Position numbers and translations under genes: made by a program. Positions 1-8,919 of a stretch of 34,224 nt of DNA are shown here, in pieces (position 1 is the stretch's first letter; each line of letters opens with the position of its first letter). Below the pieces are notes generated by a model that was given only the letters and a program-made list of their open reading frames with translations, was not told the DNA's origin and did no database searches. Source of the stretch: Gammaproteobacteria bacterium (GTDB lineage Bacteria > Pseudomonadota > Gammaproteobacteria > Pseudomonadales > UBA7434); the NCBI GenBank assembly GCA_024280785.1, contig JAJRPK010000008.1, forward strand, positions 1-34,224, in the 5' to 3' direction.

Positions 1-691
1 AGTTCGTTTGTTCTTGCGTCATAGTCCGGCAATTGATGTTGACTAATCCCGGCACTCCCGTACCGCAAGCACCTAAATTATATTGACCGGCGTCAGTAAT
101 CACTACCTTGTCATAGCAGTCGACATCGTCTAGCTTGTCATCCGCCGTTCCCGTGCAATTATTGTTAGATCCATCAAAGTTATAAAAGTAAGCAGGCTGC
201 GGATCACAGGGATCTCCGGGACCAGTAGCGCAACCCAAACCCGCTTCTTCTGCACCCAATATATCGGGAGTACTGTCGTTGTAATAATGATCGAAAATAG
301 CGGTAAAATCCGTACTTAAGTTTGTTCTTATTTGACTAGCCCCGGCATAAAAATAACCGTGAATCGCATCGGTAAAATTCGCATCGTTCAAAGGCTCTCC
401 TGTCGACTTATTTGGAGTGGCATAAGTCACTGAAGGATCGTAGTACATTTTATTGTAATGTGAGGATCGATAGTAAACCTCTCTCCATCCCGCGAAACGA
501 ACATCTGGCATAAAGCCCCAAGCCATACTGCCCGAGTCATCCATCGTTACAATCAGATTAGGCGGAATATTGGTGCGGACCGACAAAGGCAAGTCCTTTA
601 GATCCATAGTTTGCGCCAGGCTATTACCACCCGTCAACAGCATCAACGTGCTGCACAACAGACACCCGTACCACTGTAAGCTGCGTTTCAT
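1..691 (-). CDS. pilY1: Type IV pilus tip adhesin PilY1/PilC, N-terminal part (runs off the left edge; not in the ORF track)
   Basis: Hand translation from the ATG at 691 (GAGG RBS upstream): MKRSLQWYGCLLCSTLMLLTGGNSLA (signal peptide), then PPNLIVTMDDSGSM (vWA MIDAS DxSxS), YNKMYYDPSVTY, ending ...TQEQTN at base 1. No stop found; lies directly after pilX. Confidence 0.9.
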   Translation of the reverse strand, partial: MKRSLQWYGCLLCSTLMLLTGGNSLAQTMDLKDLPLSVRTNIPPNLIVTMDDSGSMAWGFMPDVRFAGWREVYYRSSHYNKMYYDPSVTYATPNKSTGEPLNDANFTDAIHGYFYAGASQIRTNLSTDFTAIFDHYYNDSTPDILGAEEAGLGCATGPGDPCDPQPAYFYNFDGSNNNCTGTADDKLDDVDCYDKVVITDAGQYNLGACGTGVPGLVNINCRTMTQEQTN

Positions 692-738
692 AACTCTTAC
701 CTCTATCCGATTTTTACTCTGCATATTCACTACGTCAC

Positions 739-768
739 GACTCTATATAACTTCCTGACTCTATATAA
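739..768. repeat. Direct repeat GACTCTATATAA x2 (18-bp period) between pilX and pilY1
   Basis: Exact 12-mers at 739-750 and 757-768. Confidence 0.8.
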
Positions 769-781
769 TTTCATGGGCTCA

Positions 782-1396
782 TCACTTGACATAAAAACTT
801 TCGATCACAGCCTGAGTGGATACATCACCACCAAAGGAATGTGTCGTAACACGAAAAACCTCTTTCGATCCTGGTGAAACTGTTAAATATTTATCATCTA
901 GATCAAGAGAACTTACCTTACCAACATACTCGTAGACACACGTTGGCTGGCTGGTCAAACCGACCCCTGCAGCCACTGCGCCAGTAAGAGCGGCTGGCCT
1001 ACCATTAGTCGCCCAAAAAGCTGCAGCATCCCACCAAGTCCCCGCGCCTGTCCAATTCGTGTCGTATTGCCCAACCACTACAGACACCCCGGAATTCACT
1101 TGCATGGCGGCAGGGGTGCTGTCTCTCACAAAACGTTCACATACCGACAGCGCCGCCTCAGCTCCCTGAAATGCACGACGTGCATTTTGCATATTACTAA
1201 CCATCCGCTCTTCCATAGTGACGGAAGAAATACTGCTAATTCCCATGACCGTTATAACCAACAGCATAATCATACCCACCAATAGAACGGCGCCGCGCTG
1301 CCTGGTGCGATTAGTTAAATCTAACGATACCACCGGTAAACCTCTATTTATGCTCACAGCAGTATCTATTACTTTCGCGGATTTCATTTGTCTCAT
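782..1396 (-). CDS. pilX: Type IV minor pilin PilX
   Basis: RQRG/AVLLVGMIMLLVITVMG prepilin segment lacking Glu5, AFQGAEAAL motif, C-terminal VFRVT...AVIES; AGAGG RBS; position between pilW and pilY1. Confidence 0.9.
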   Translation of the reverse strand: MRQMKSAKVIDTAVSINRGLPVVSLDLTNRTRQRGAVLLVGMIMLLVITVMGISSISSVTMEERMVSNMQNARRAFQGAEAALSVCERFVRDSTPAAMQVNSGVSVVVGQYDTNWTGAGTWWDAAAFWATNGRPAALTGAVAAGVGLTSQPTCVYEYVGKVSSLDLDDKYLTVSPGSKEVFRVTTHSFGGDVSTQAVIESFYVK

Positions 1397-1501
1397 TCAA
1401 CCTCTTTTTTCACACTGATTTTCAACCTGGTGGCTCTACTTACTATTTCCATAATTAAGCATCGATCGTGACCATTATTAACAAGCCGTTGTCTACACCA
1501 A

Positions 1502-2365
1502 TTATATCTTTGCGCGAATGGCTATCGTCTTCGAAAACACCTGACGAACCCGGCCATCGGCAGCGCTAGCGATAACAGTGCCAAGCAACTCGTTATTAAC
1601 AGAGATTCTTGGCAATGGTGCGTTACTCGACACGGCAATAAATCCAACACGAACCGCGACCACACGCTGCCATAAAAGGGGCGTCATAGTCGCAGCTGTG
1701 TAGTACCGCACCGCTTGCGGATTGATCCGGCTGTTAGATACACCGTAAAGGACCTGCATATTCTCTATGCCTGAAACCAACGCCACTGCCGGCCCCGCAT
1801 TCACCTGACAATTTAATTGATTTTGAGCGTCGATATAAAAAATAGTCGTTGTCGAAACTCCCTCAACACTGGAAACTAGGTTTCCCGCGCAATCACGCAT
1901 CGGGTCGTTAGGGTCGCCGTCCATCCGAAACGACAAGGTGGCGGTCCCTGGCGCCGCAGCCGCAACTACAGGCGAACCCACCACTGATGCATTCCCACTA
2001 AATCCGTTGGCGGTATCTTGCGGCCAATGCGCAGCATAAAGATTGTCTCCATCAATAATATTTAAAAAGGACTGTGCATAATCATTGTCAAAAACCCCAG
2101 CATTGATAAACCCGGCATGCACTGCAGACTGTTCGATAAAATACAAACCAAAACGACCCGCCTCTTGCATACTAGACTGCCCTTGTATGACTTCAAACGA
2201 CTGGCGACTACCAACAAATACCTGAATAATTCCAGCCAAAATGAATAGCCCCAAGCCCAGCGCGACCATTAATTCAATCAGACTAAAACCTGATTGCAGA
2301 GTCTTTTTTGTTTTTCTCGCTGTGCATACCTCAATATTCATGGGCATAACCCTGACTATTTTCAT
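1502..2365 (-). CDS. pilW: Type IV minor pilin PilW
   Basis: QSG/FSLIELMVAL N-methylation motif, MQEAGRFGL, LVSGIENMQVLYGV, VVAVRV. The start may be a later Met. Confidence 0.9.
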   Translation of the reverse strand: MKIVRVMPMNIEVCTARKTKKTLQSGFSLIELMVALGLGLFILAGIIQVFVGSRQSFEVIQGQSSMQEAGRFGLYFIEQSAVHAGFINAGVFDNDYAQSFLNIIDGDNLYAAHWPQDTANGFSGNASVVGSPVVAAAAPGTATLSFRMDGDPNDPMRDCAGNLVSSVEGVSTTTIFYIDAQNQLNCQVNAGPAVALVSGIENMQVLYGVSNSRINPQAVRYYTAATMTPLLWQRVVAVRVGFIAVSSNAPLPRISVNNELLGTVIASAADGRVRQVFSKTIAIRAKI

Positions 2366-2875
2366 TTAAATTTCCACCGCTATCTGAATGCAAGATAAGT
2401 CGGCACTGTTCGCCGGATTGCAACCCGTACCCGTGGACCCATCACGATTTTCATCCCAAAATAGCTGTATGGTATACGCGGGGACCGTTAAGGTAGGCCG
2501 GGTTACTACTCCGTTGGCAGAGGGTAATCTCGAAGCGGTAATCGCCGCCTGCCACTCTCGCAAATCATGCCCCGCCATTTGTGCCGGATTGCAATCTGCA
2601 GCCGCACTACAATTATCCACCGCAGTGGTAGTGCCGGTAAATGCATAAGCCGACGCAGAGGTGTCTCTAGCCGCTACTTGATTCGCTCGCATACGATCGA
2701 TAAGGTCACTAACTAACAGGTCCGCCTGGGCGCGAAAATAGGTATTTTGGGATTCCTTGACCCCTACCGATTGCAAGCCCGCCATGCCCAATATGCCAAT
2801 AGACAGGATAAACACCGTCACCATAACTTCAATCAATGTAAATCCCGACTGGGAATGAGAAAGCTTTTCTTTCAT
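2366..2875 (-). CDS. pilV: Type IV minor pilin PilV
   Basis: QSG/FTLIEVMVTVFILSIGILGMAGLQ, DLIDRMRAN, DLREW...LPSANG. Confidence 0.93.
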   Translation of the reverse strand: MKEKLSHSQSGFTLIEVMVTVFILSIGILGMAGLQSVGVKESQNTYFRAQADLLVSDLIDRMRANQVAARDTSASAYAFTGTTTAVDNCSAAADCNPAQMAGHDLREWQAAITASRLPSANGVVTRPTLTVPAYTIQLFWDENRDGSTGTGCNPANSADLSCIQIAVEI

Positions 2876-2901
2876 CGTTATCTCGCTAAGTGCACTATGT
2901 A

Positions 2902-2951
2902 TTTTTCAGTAAATGTTTTTCAGTAAATGTTTAACAGTAACGACTGTTAAA
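2902..2951. repeat. 14-bp tandem repeat TTTTTCAGTAAATG (2 exact copies plus a partial) merging into a 9-bp hairpin
   Basis: Copies at 2902-2915, 2916-2929 and partial 2930-2940; hairpin TTTAACAGT-AACG-ACTGTTAAA at 2930-2951. Confidence 0.8.
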
Positions 2952-2964
2952 TAAAATATCCGCA

Positions 2965-3552
2965 TTAAGGACAACCCGATAACGCAGCTCCGCTGTACCT
3001 CACTGCACCCGACGAGCTAATAGATATCGTACTTCCGTCCACCACAGCATCCTGGTCACAAACACCCAAATTCACCAAACCAGCAATCGTTTTGACCCCA
3101 CTAGGGCGAAACGTCATAAAGTTCACGCCACCCGCAATCGACACTCCGTTTTGAGCATACTGAACATCGACTAAACGATCACCTGCACTCACAGTCTGGT
3201 CATTATTAGCATCGGTAAAGATAATCCAACCCAAATCCCAACGAGTATTGCCAGAGCAGGACGATTGATTGCTACTCGCGCATATCGTTACCAGAGTTTT
3301 AACCACAACTGCTTCACTTCGCGCTAACTTAATGCTGGATGCTAAATTGTCCCGCATGGAGGACACCTGATTACTCTTAATTAACGAGGTAAAACTCGGT
3401 GCTGCCACCGTAGCGAGAATTGCCACAACAGCCAAAGTAACCATCAACTCAAGCAAGGTAAACCCGCGCTGCTGATAAGTTTTAGCTCGCAAATTAGTGC
3501 ATTGACCTCTACGACATACCAATTGCAACTGAGCTGTAAGAATTACTTTCAT
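2965..3552 (-). CDS. fimT: FimT/FimU (GspH-like) minor pilin
   Basis: QRG/FTLLELMVTLAVVAILATVAAPSF, LARSEA, VTICAS, W..GWIIFTDAN. Start is uncertain; the ATG at 3552 is preferred over the TTG at 3588. Confidence 0.88.
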   Translation of the reverse strand: MKVILTAQLQLVCRRGQCTNLRAKTYQQRGFTLLELMVTLAVVAILATVAAPSFTSLIKSNQVSSMRDNLASSIKLARSEAVVVKTLVTICASSNQSSCSGNTRWDLGWIIFTDANNDQTVSAGDRLVDVQYAQNGVSIAGGVNFMTFRPSGVKTIAGLVNLGVCDQDAVVDGSTISISSSGAVRYSGAALSGCP

Positions 3553-3691
3553 AGGTACCGTGTCACTATAAAATAAATAAAACTGCAAATAAGACCTAAA
3601 ACAAGAGCGTCACTAAACAAGACAAGCAATGAGGCTCTATAAGTCTTATCTAAGTATCGACCACAAAACACAGTTCTGCTAGGCGCAGAAG

Positions 3692-3722
3692 CTCGAGCGG
3701 TAGAATTTCACCGATAAACGCG
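3692..3722. promoter_or_regulatory. Possible pair of AlgR/FimR (LytTR)-type binding sites upstream of the minor pilin operon
   Basis: CTCGAGCGGT (3692-3701) and GATAAACGCG (3713-3722) are 21 bp apart and match the AlgR site GACGAACGGT at 7/10 and 6/10. Confidence 0.3.
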
Positions 3723-3767
3723 GCATTACGATGGAATTAATGAAAAATTCACCCCTATATAGAGGAA

Positions 3768-4733
3768 TCAGACGGACTTAAGTCGCAGTTCTTTAGGTAT
3801 GGAAAAAGTGATTTTTTCGGGAATACCCTCTTTTTCTTCAGCAGTACCCGCACCCAGTGATTGCAAGTAATGGATGACTTTTTGCACCAATATTTCTGGC
3901 GCGGAGGCTCCCGCAGCGATCCCAATTACAGATTTTCCCAGCAACCATTCAGATTGAATATCGTGTTCCGAATCGATAAGGTGGGCATCCGTACCCGAGC
4001 GTTTAGCAAGCTCGCATAAACGACTAGAGTTGGAGCTATTGGGAGACCCGACCACCAGCACCAGATCGCACTGGCCCGCCAACCCGCGAACAGCGTCTTG
4101 CCGATTTTGAGTAGCGTAACAAATATCGTCTTTTTTGGGGCCATCAATAGCAGGAAACCTGCTACGCAACGCTTCGATTACTCGCGCGGTATCGTCCACC
4201 GACAAGGTTGTCTGAGTAACATAAAACAAGTCATCGGCATTGCGTATCTCTAATGTGGCAACATCGGCTTCTGTTTCCACCAAATAAATGGCGCCTCCCT
4301 TTTTCGAATCGTACTGCCCCATCGTCCCCTCGACTTCGGGATGCCCATGATGACCGATCAATATACACTCTTCACCCTCGCGACTATGCTTGGCGACTTC
4401 CATATGGACTTTAGTCACCAATGGACATGTAGCATCAAAAACCTTTAGGCCACGAAGCTCTGCTTCTTTTCTCACTGCCTGAGAAACGCCATGAGCACTG
4501 AAAATAACGATGACATCGTTGGGTACTTCTGACAGTTCGTCGACAAATATAACACCGCGCTCTCGCAAACTTTCAACCACAAACTTATTATGAACAACTT
4601 CGTGCCGTACATATATCGGAGCGCCGAAAACATCTAGCGCACGGTTAACGATATCAATTGCGCGATCAACTCCAGCGCAAAAACCTCGAGGATTCGCTAG
4701 TATCAACTTAAAAGTAGGTGACTCAATACTCAA
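3768..4733 (-). CDS. ispH: 4-hydroxy-3-methylbut-2-enyl diphosphate reductase
   Basis: [21 protein letters not shown] and [11 protein letters not shown] (three Fe-S Cys), SSNS, AGASAPE. Confidence 0.98.
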   Translation of the reverse strand: MSIESPTFKLILANPRGFCAGVDRAIDIVNRALDVFGAPIYVRHEVVHNKFVVESLRERGVIFVDELSEVPNDVIVIFSAHGVSQAVRKEAELRGLKVFDATCPLVTKVHMEVAKHSREGEECILIGHHGHPEVEGTMGQYDSKKGGAIYLVETEADVATLEIRNADDLFYVTQTTLSVDDTARVIEALRSRFPAIDGPKKDDICYATQNRQDAVRGLAGQCDLVLVVGSPNSSNSSRLCELAKRSGTDAHLIDSEHDIQSEWLLGKSVIGIAAGASAPEILVQKVIHYLQSLGAGTAEEKEGIPEKITFSIPKELRLKSV

Positions 4734-4788
4734 GGGGTAACCCCAAATAAAATGAGTATTAAGCTCGCACTATAATTCTTACTCACTT

Positions 4789-5238
4789 TCATCTCGTTTG
4801 ACCAACTTCTACAATTTTGACTTCGAAAATAATGTCGCGCCCCGCTAAAGGGTGATTAAAATCAACAGTAACATTGTCGTCTGCAAAACTCTTGACCACA
4901 CCAGGTAATTCATTTCCTGCCGCATCTGCAAACGACACTACCAGCCCTTTGGTTAATTCTACGGGGGGATCGCCCAGTAATCCGGCAAAATCACTGCGTT
5001 TAAAACTCTGCTCATTCTCTTGATTGAACAAACCAAACGCGTTTTTTGCCTCGATTGTTACACATTGAGTTTGACCCGCTGTAAGCCCCATTAAAGATTG
5101 CTCAAAACCTACCAGTAAACTACCGTCACCCATATCAAATGTAACCGGCTCGTTATCAAAATTAGAATCGATTAAATGTCCATCCAACAAATTTAATGAA
5201 AAGTTTAAGGTTACTCGACTGTTTTTATCGATACTCAC
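4789..5238 (-). CDS. fkpB: FKBP-type peptidyl-prolyl isomerase (SlpA/FkpB)
   Basis: VTVDFNHPLAG motif; conserved lspA-fkpB-ispH context. Confidence 0.93.
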   Translation of the reverse strand: MSIDKNSRVTLNFSLNLLDGHLIDSNFDNEPVTFDMGDGSLLVGFEQSLMGLTAGQTQCVTIEAKNAFGLFNQENEQSFKRSDFAGLLGDPPVELTKGLVVSFADAAGNELPGVVKSFADDNVTVDFNHPLAGRDIIFEVKIVEVGQTR

Positions 5239-5261
5239 TGGCTTACCAGACTCTCACTTGA

Positions 5262-5399
5262 GTTACTAATAAGGCATTTGAAAGGAATACCCTTTATTTC
5301 AAGACCGTTGCTGGCAGGGATGCCAGCGTCGAACGATAGGGACATCTTTATGTGTGTCTTGAAATAAAGGGTATTCCTTTCAAATGCCTCGGTAGTAAC
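5262..5399. mobile_element. Palindromic MITE/REP-like element with long inverted arms
   Basis: Perfect 34-bp inverted repeat 5272-5305/5356-5389, extending to 44 bp with 3 mismatches (5262-5305/5356-5399). The 50-bp core holds the hairpin GCTGGCA-GGGA-TGCCAGC. The repeat is observed; mobility is inferred. Confidence 0.65.
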
Positions 5400-5427
5400 A
5401 TTGAGATAACTCTTAACCTTAGCCAAT

Positions 5428-5982
5428 CTATTGCTCTCCCTTATCATTATCATGGTCGCCATCCCGAGCCGCCCCGGTATTTTCTGAGCTATAAAATGCA
5501 TCGACTAGCATCAATATCGCACCTATGGTTATCGCGGAGTCAGCAACATTAAATGCGGGAAACGACCAACTCTCGTAGTAGAACAATACAAAATCAGTAA
5601 CTTTTCCTTGAACGACTCGATCGATTAAGTTACCGACAGCACCCCCTAAAATAAAGCCTAGCGACCACAGCAAAAGCTTTTGTGACTGATCGGCTACGTG
5701 TATCCACCCGATCAAAACCAAACTAACTACTGCTGAAATAGCAGTAAAAAGCCAACGCTGCCAGCCACCCGCATCACTGAGAAAACTCCAGGCAGCGCCT
5801 TCGTTATAAACCAGAATCACATCGAGAATCGGCAGCAAGTTAAATCGTTCAGTTTCAAAAAAATGAATCTGAATCCAGTATTTACTTATCTGATCAAAGA
5901 CAATCACGAATAGCGCCAAGCCATACCAGGCCCAGCGAATGCCGGACCCTAGACGCTCACGGCCTGCTGCCGCCCTCGCCAT
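5428..5982 (-). CDS. lspA: Lipoprotein signal peptidase II
   Basis: DQISK, NEGAAWSFL, GGAVGNLIDR, VTDF, FPAFNVADSAI. The ATG at 5982 overlaps the ileS stop (TAATG). Confidence 0.97.
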   Translation of the reverse strand: MARAAAGRERLGSGIRWAWYGLALFVIVFDQISKYWIQIHFFETERFNLLPILDVILVYNEGAAWSFLSDAGGWQRWLFTAISAVVSLVLIGWIHVADQSQKLLLWSLGFILGGAVGNLIDRVVQGKVTDFVLFYYESWSFPAFNVADSAITIGAILMLVDAFYSSENTGAARDGDHDNDKGEQ

Positions 5983-8828
5983 TATGCAAACATCCTTTGC
6001 TCGCCGGTTCCATCGATGTTGTCGACGCAACGCTGGCAAAGATCCGGATGCGCCTCAATCGCAGTAACTTCTGGCCGATGATGCCAACAGCGCACACACT
6101 TGCCGTGATCACTTTTGTCGATTGTCAATTTAAGCCCGGCAATACTGGTTTCGATCGCATCAGCTGGAGCAGCACTAACACTATCAACAACATTCGCTGA
6201 AGATGAAATTAAAATAAACCTTAATTCATCGCCAACTGTACGTAGCAAAGAAGCTAGCGGCTGATCTGCGTATAAAGTAATTTCTGATTCGAGTGACCCA
6301 CCCATACTGCCCTTTCCTCGTTCGCTTTCTAACGCCTTATTGACGATTGCCTTCACTTCAGTCAGCGCCTGCATAAGTTCAACTTCGTTTGATTTTTCAT
6401 CTAGTAACGCGCTTACACCCCCGTACACTTCTTCTATAAACACGCTACTTTTTCTCGCCCCGGGAATAAACTCATACAATTCATCGGCAGTAAAACTTAG
6501 TATCGGTGCAAGCCACCGAGTAAGGGCTTCGATAATATGGTACAAGGCCGTTTGCGCCGAGCGTCGACCAAGGCTATCGGTTTGCATTGTGTATTGTCTA
6601 TCTTTGATAATATCTAGATATATACCACCCATATCAACAATACAAAAGTTATGTAACTTTTGATATATAGAGTGCAGCTGGTAATTATTGTACGCCTCTA
6701 GAATTTCATTTTGAATTTCTGCAGCGCGGGTGATAGCCCATCGATCAAGCAACAATAACTGATCATTAGGAAGCAAATCCAATTCCGGATCAAAGCCTTC
6801 TAAATTTGACAACATAAATCTCGCGGTATTACGAATTCGTCGATACGAATCGGCAACACGCTTTAAGATTTCATCCGACACGCTCATCTCGCTACTAAAG
6901 TCGGTCGCAGACACCCACAATCGGAGCACATCCGCCCCTAGTTCGTTAATAACCGTCTGCGGAGCTATATTATTACCCAGCGATTTCGACATTTTTTTAC
7001 CATCGGAATCGACAACAAACCCATGGGTTAGTACGGCCTTATACGGCGCGGTTCCATTCATTGCAATAGCTGTTTTCAGCGACGACTGAAACCAACCTCG
7101 ATGCTGGTCCGAGCCCTCGAGATAAAGGTCGGCCGGGTACTGCAGATCCGCTCTTGTTTGCAGTACGGAAAAATGGGTAACACCTGAATCAAACCAGACA
7201 TCTAGCGTATCGACAACCTTAGTATAATTATCTGCGTCGCCCCCAAGAAACTCTATGATATCTAAATCAAACCAGGCGTCTATACCTTCTTTTTCAACTC
7301 GTACCGCAATCTGCTCAATAAATTTTACAGAGTCAGGATGAGGCTCTTGCGTTTCTTTATGGACAAACAGAGCGATGGGAACACCCCAGGTCCGTTGCCG
7401 GGAAATACACCAATCCGGACTGGTTGCTAACATCCCCTCAATGCGAGACTTTCCCCAATCGGGCACCCATTGAACGCCACCAACCGCTTGTTTGACAGAA
7501 TCCAGTAAGCCTTTTTTCTCCATCCCGATAAACCATTGGGGCGTAGCGCGAAATATCAAAGGAGTTTTAGTCCGCCAGCAATGGGGAAAACTATGGCGAA
7601 TCTTTTCTTCGGCGCACAGACAGCTCTTATCGCGTAACAGATCAACGACTTTTTCATCAACCTTGTAAACATGCTCGCCGGCAAACAACTCGGTTTTATC
7701 GTTATACACGCCATTGTCGGCGACCAAGTTAAGCGTTTCGATGCCATATTTTTTTGCCACCACAAAATCGTCAACACCATGATCTGGAGCTGTATGAACA
7801 CAGCCCGTACCCGCTTCAGTCGTTACATGTTCACCCAAGATAACGGGTACTTGGCGTGAGTAAAACGGATGACACAACAAAATATTTTCTAACTGCGCGC
7901 CTTTAAACCGACCAACTATTTTAAATACGTCAGCGCCGTATCGAGCCATAGCGGACTCATGCAATGCATCCGCGATAATAAGCCTCTGCGCCCCTCCACC
8001 TAAAGTTTCTGGCGCGCACTCGACAACGACATAATCTAACTCGGGATGTACTGACACTGCTTGGTTGGCCGGCAAAGTCCATGGTGTAGTCGTCCAAATA
8101 ACAACGCTTAGTGGTCCTTCGCCACCCAATTCGTTGACTATCGCATCGAGAGCTGACTGATCGGCCAGAGCAAAAGCAACATCAATGGAAAACGATGTTT
8201 TATCTTGATATTCGACCTCAGCTTCAGCTAATGCCGACCCTCCCACTACACTCCAATAAACAGGTTTAAATCCCCGAACAAGGTGACCGTTTTCTATGAT
8301 TTTTCCTAACGCACGAATAATATTTGCTTCGGTCGCATAGTTCATCGTCAGATAAGGGTTTGCCCAATCACCCAAAACACCCAGTCGAATAAAATCTTTA
8401 CGCTGGCCCGCCACTTGCTTAGTAGCATATTCACGACATTTCTTGCGAAAAGTTTTGTGATCGACCTTGACTCCCGCCTTACCAATTTTTGTTTCAACTT
8501 TATGCTCTATTGGTAAACCGTGGCAATCCCACCCTGGCACATAGGGCGCATCAAAGCCCTGTAGAGTCTTGGACTTGATGATAATGTCTTTTAAAATTTT
8601 ATTGACAGAGTGACCGAGATGAATGTCTCCGTTAGCGTAGGGAGGGCCATCGTGCAAAATAAATTTTTCACGCCCCGAAAACTGACGTCGAATTTGTCCG
8701 TAAAGGTCGGCCTGTTCCCAAGCTTTAAGTCGCTGCGGCTCGCGTTGCGACAAATTAGCCTTCATCGGAAAACCCGTTTTTGGCAGGTTTAACGTGTGTT
8801 TATATTGATTTTTTTTGTCGTCACTCAT
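5982..8828 (-). CDS. ileS: Isoleucine-tRNA ligase (type 1)
   Basis: [37 protein letters not shown]-terminal CVRC...CQRC zinc finger. Confidence 0.99.
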   Translation of the reverse strand: MSDDKKNQYKHTLNLPKTGFPMKANLSQREPQRLKAWEQADLYGQIRRQFSGREKFILHDGPPYANGDIHLGHSVNKILKDIIIKSKTLQGFDAPYVPGWDCHGLPIEHKVETKIGKAGVKVDHKTFRKKCREYATKQVAGQRKDFIRLGVLGDWANPYLTMNYATEANIIRALGKIIENGHLVRGFKPVYWSVVGGSALAEAEVEYQDKTSFSIDVAFALADQSALDAIVNELGGEGPLSVVIWTTTPWTLPANQAVSVHPELDYVVVECAPETLGGGAQRLIIADALHESAMARYGADVFKIVGRFKGAQLENILLCHPFYSRQVPVILGEHVTTEAGTGCVHTAPDHGVDDFVVAKKYGIETLNLVADNGVYNDKTELFAGEHVYKVDEKVVDLLRDKSCLCAEEKIRHSFPHCWRTKTPLIFRATPQWFIGMEKKGLLDSVKQAVGGVQWVPDWGKSRIEGMLATSPDWCISRQRTWGVPIALFVHKETQEPHPDSVKFIEQIAVRVEKEGIDAWFDLDIIEFLGGDADNYTKVVDTLDVWFDSGVTHFSVLQTRADLQYPADLYLEGSDQHRGWFQSSLKTAIAMNGTAPYKAVLTHGFVVDSDGKKMSKSLGNNIAPQTVINELGADVLRLWVSATDFSSEMSVSDEILKRVADSYRRIRNTARFMLSNLEGFDPELDLLPNDQLLLLDRWAITRAAEIQNEILEAYNNYQLHSIYQKLHNFCIVDMGGIYLDIIKDRQYTMQTDSLGRRSAQTALYHIIEALTRWLAPILSFTADELYEFIPGARKSSVFIEEVYGGVSALLDEKSNEVELMQALTEVKAIVNKALESERGKGSMGGSLESEITLYADQPLASLLRTVGDELRFILISSSANVVDSVSAAPADAIETSIAGLKLTIDKSDHGKCVRCWHHRPEVTAIEAHPDLCQRCVDNIDGTGEQRMFA

Positions 8829-8919
8829 GCTGTCTTTTTCTTTCTGTCTCGTTAGGTTAAATAACTTACTTATTAAAATGCTGATTCACTCAAATTATCG
8901 ATCTTCAAACCATCGACAT

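Noticed and set aside
570-758. 62-aa plus-strand ORF
   Set aside because: It is antisense to the pilY1 start region.
5235-5552. Two small ORFs on opposite strands sharing LEIKGIPFKCL, suggesting a toxin-antitoxin or duplicated peptide pair
   Set aside because: The shared peptide is just the translation of the two arms of the inverted repeat, and both ORFs overlap lspA.
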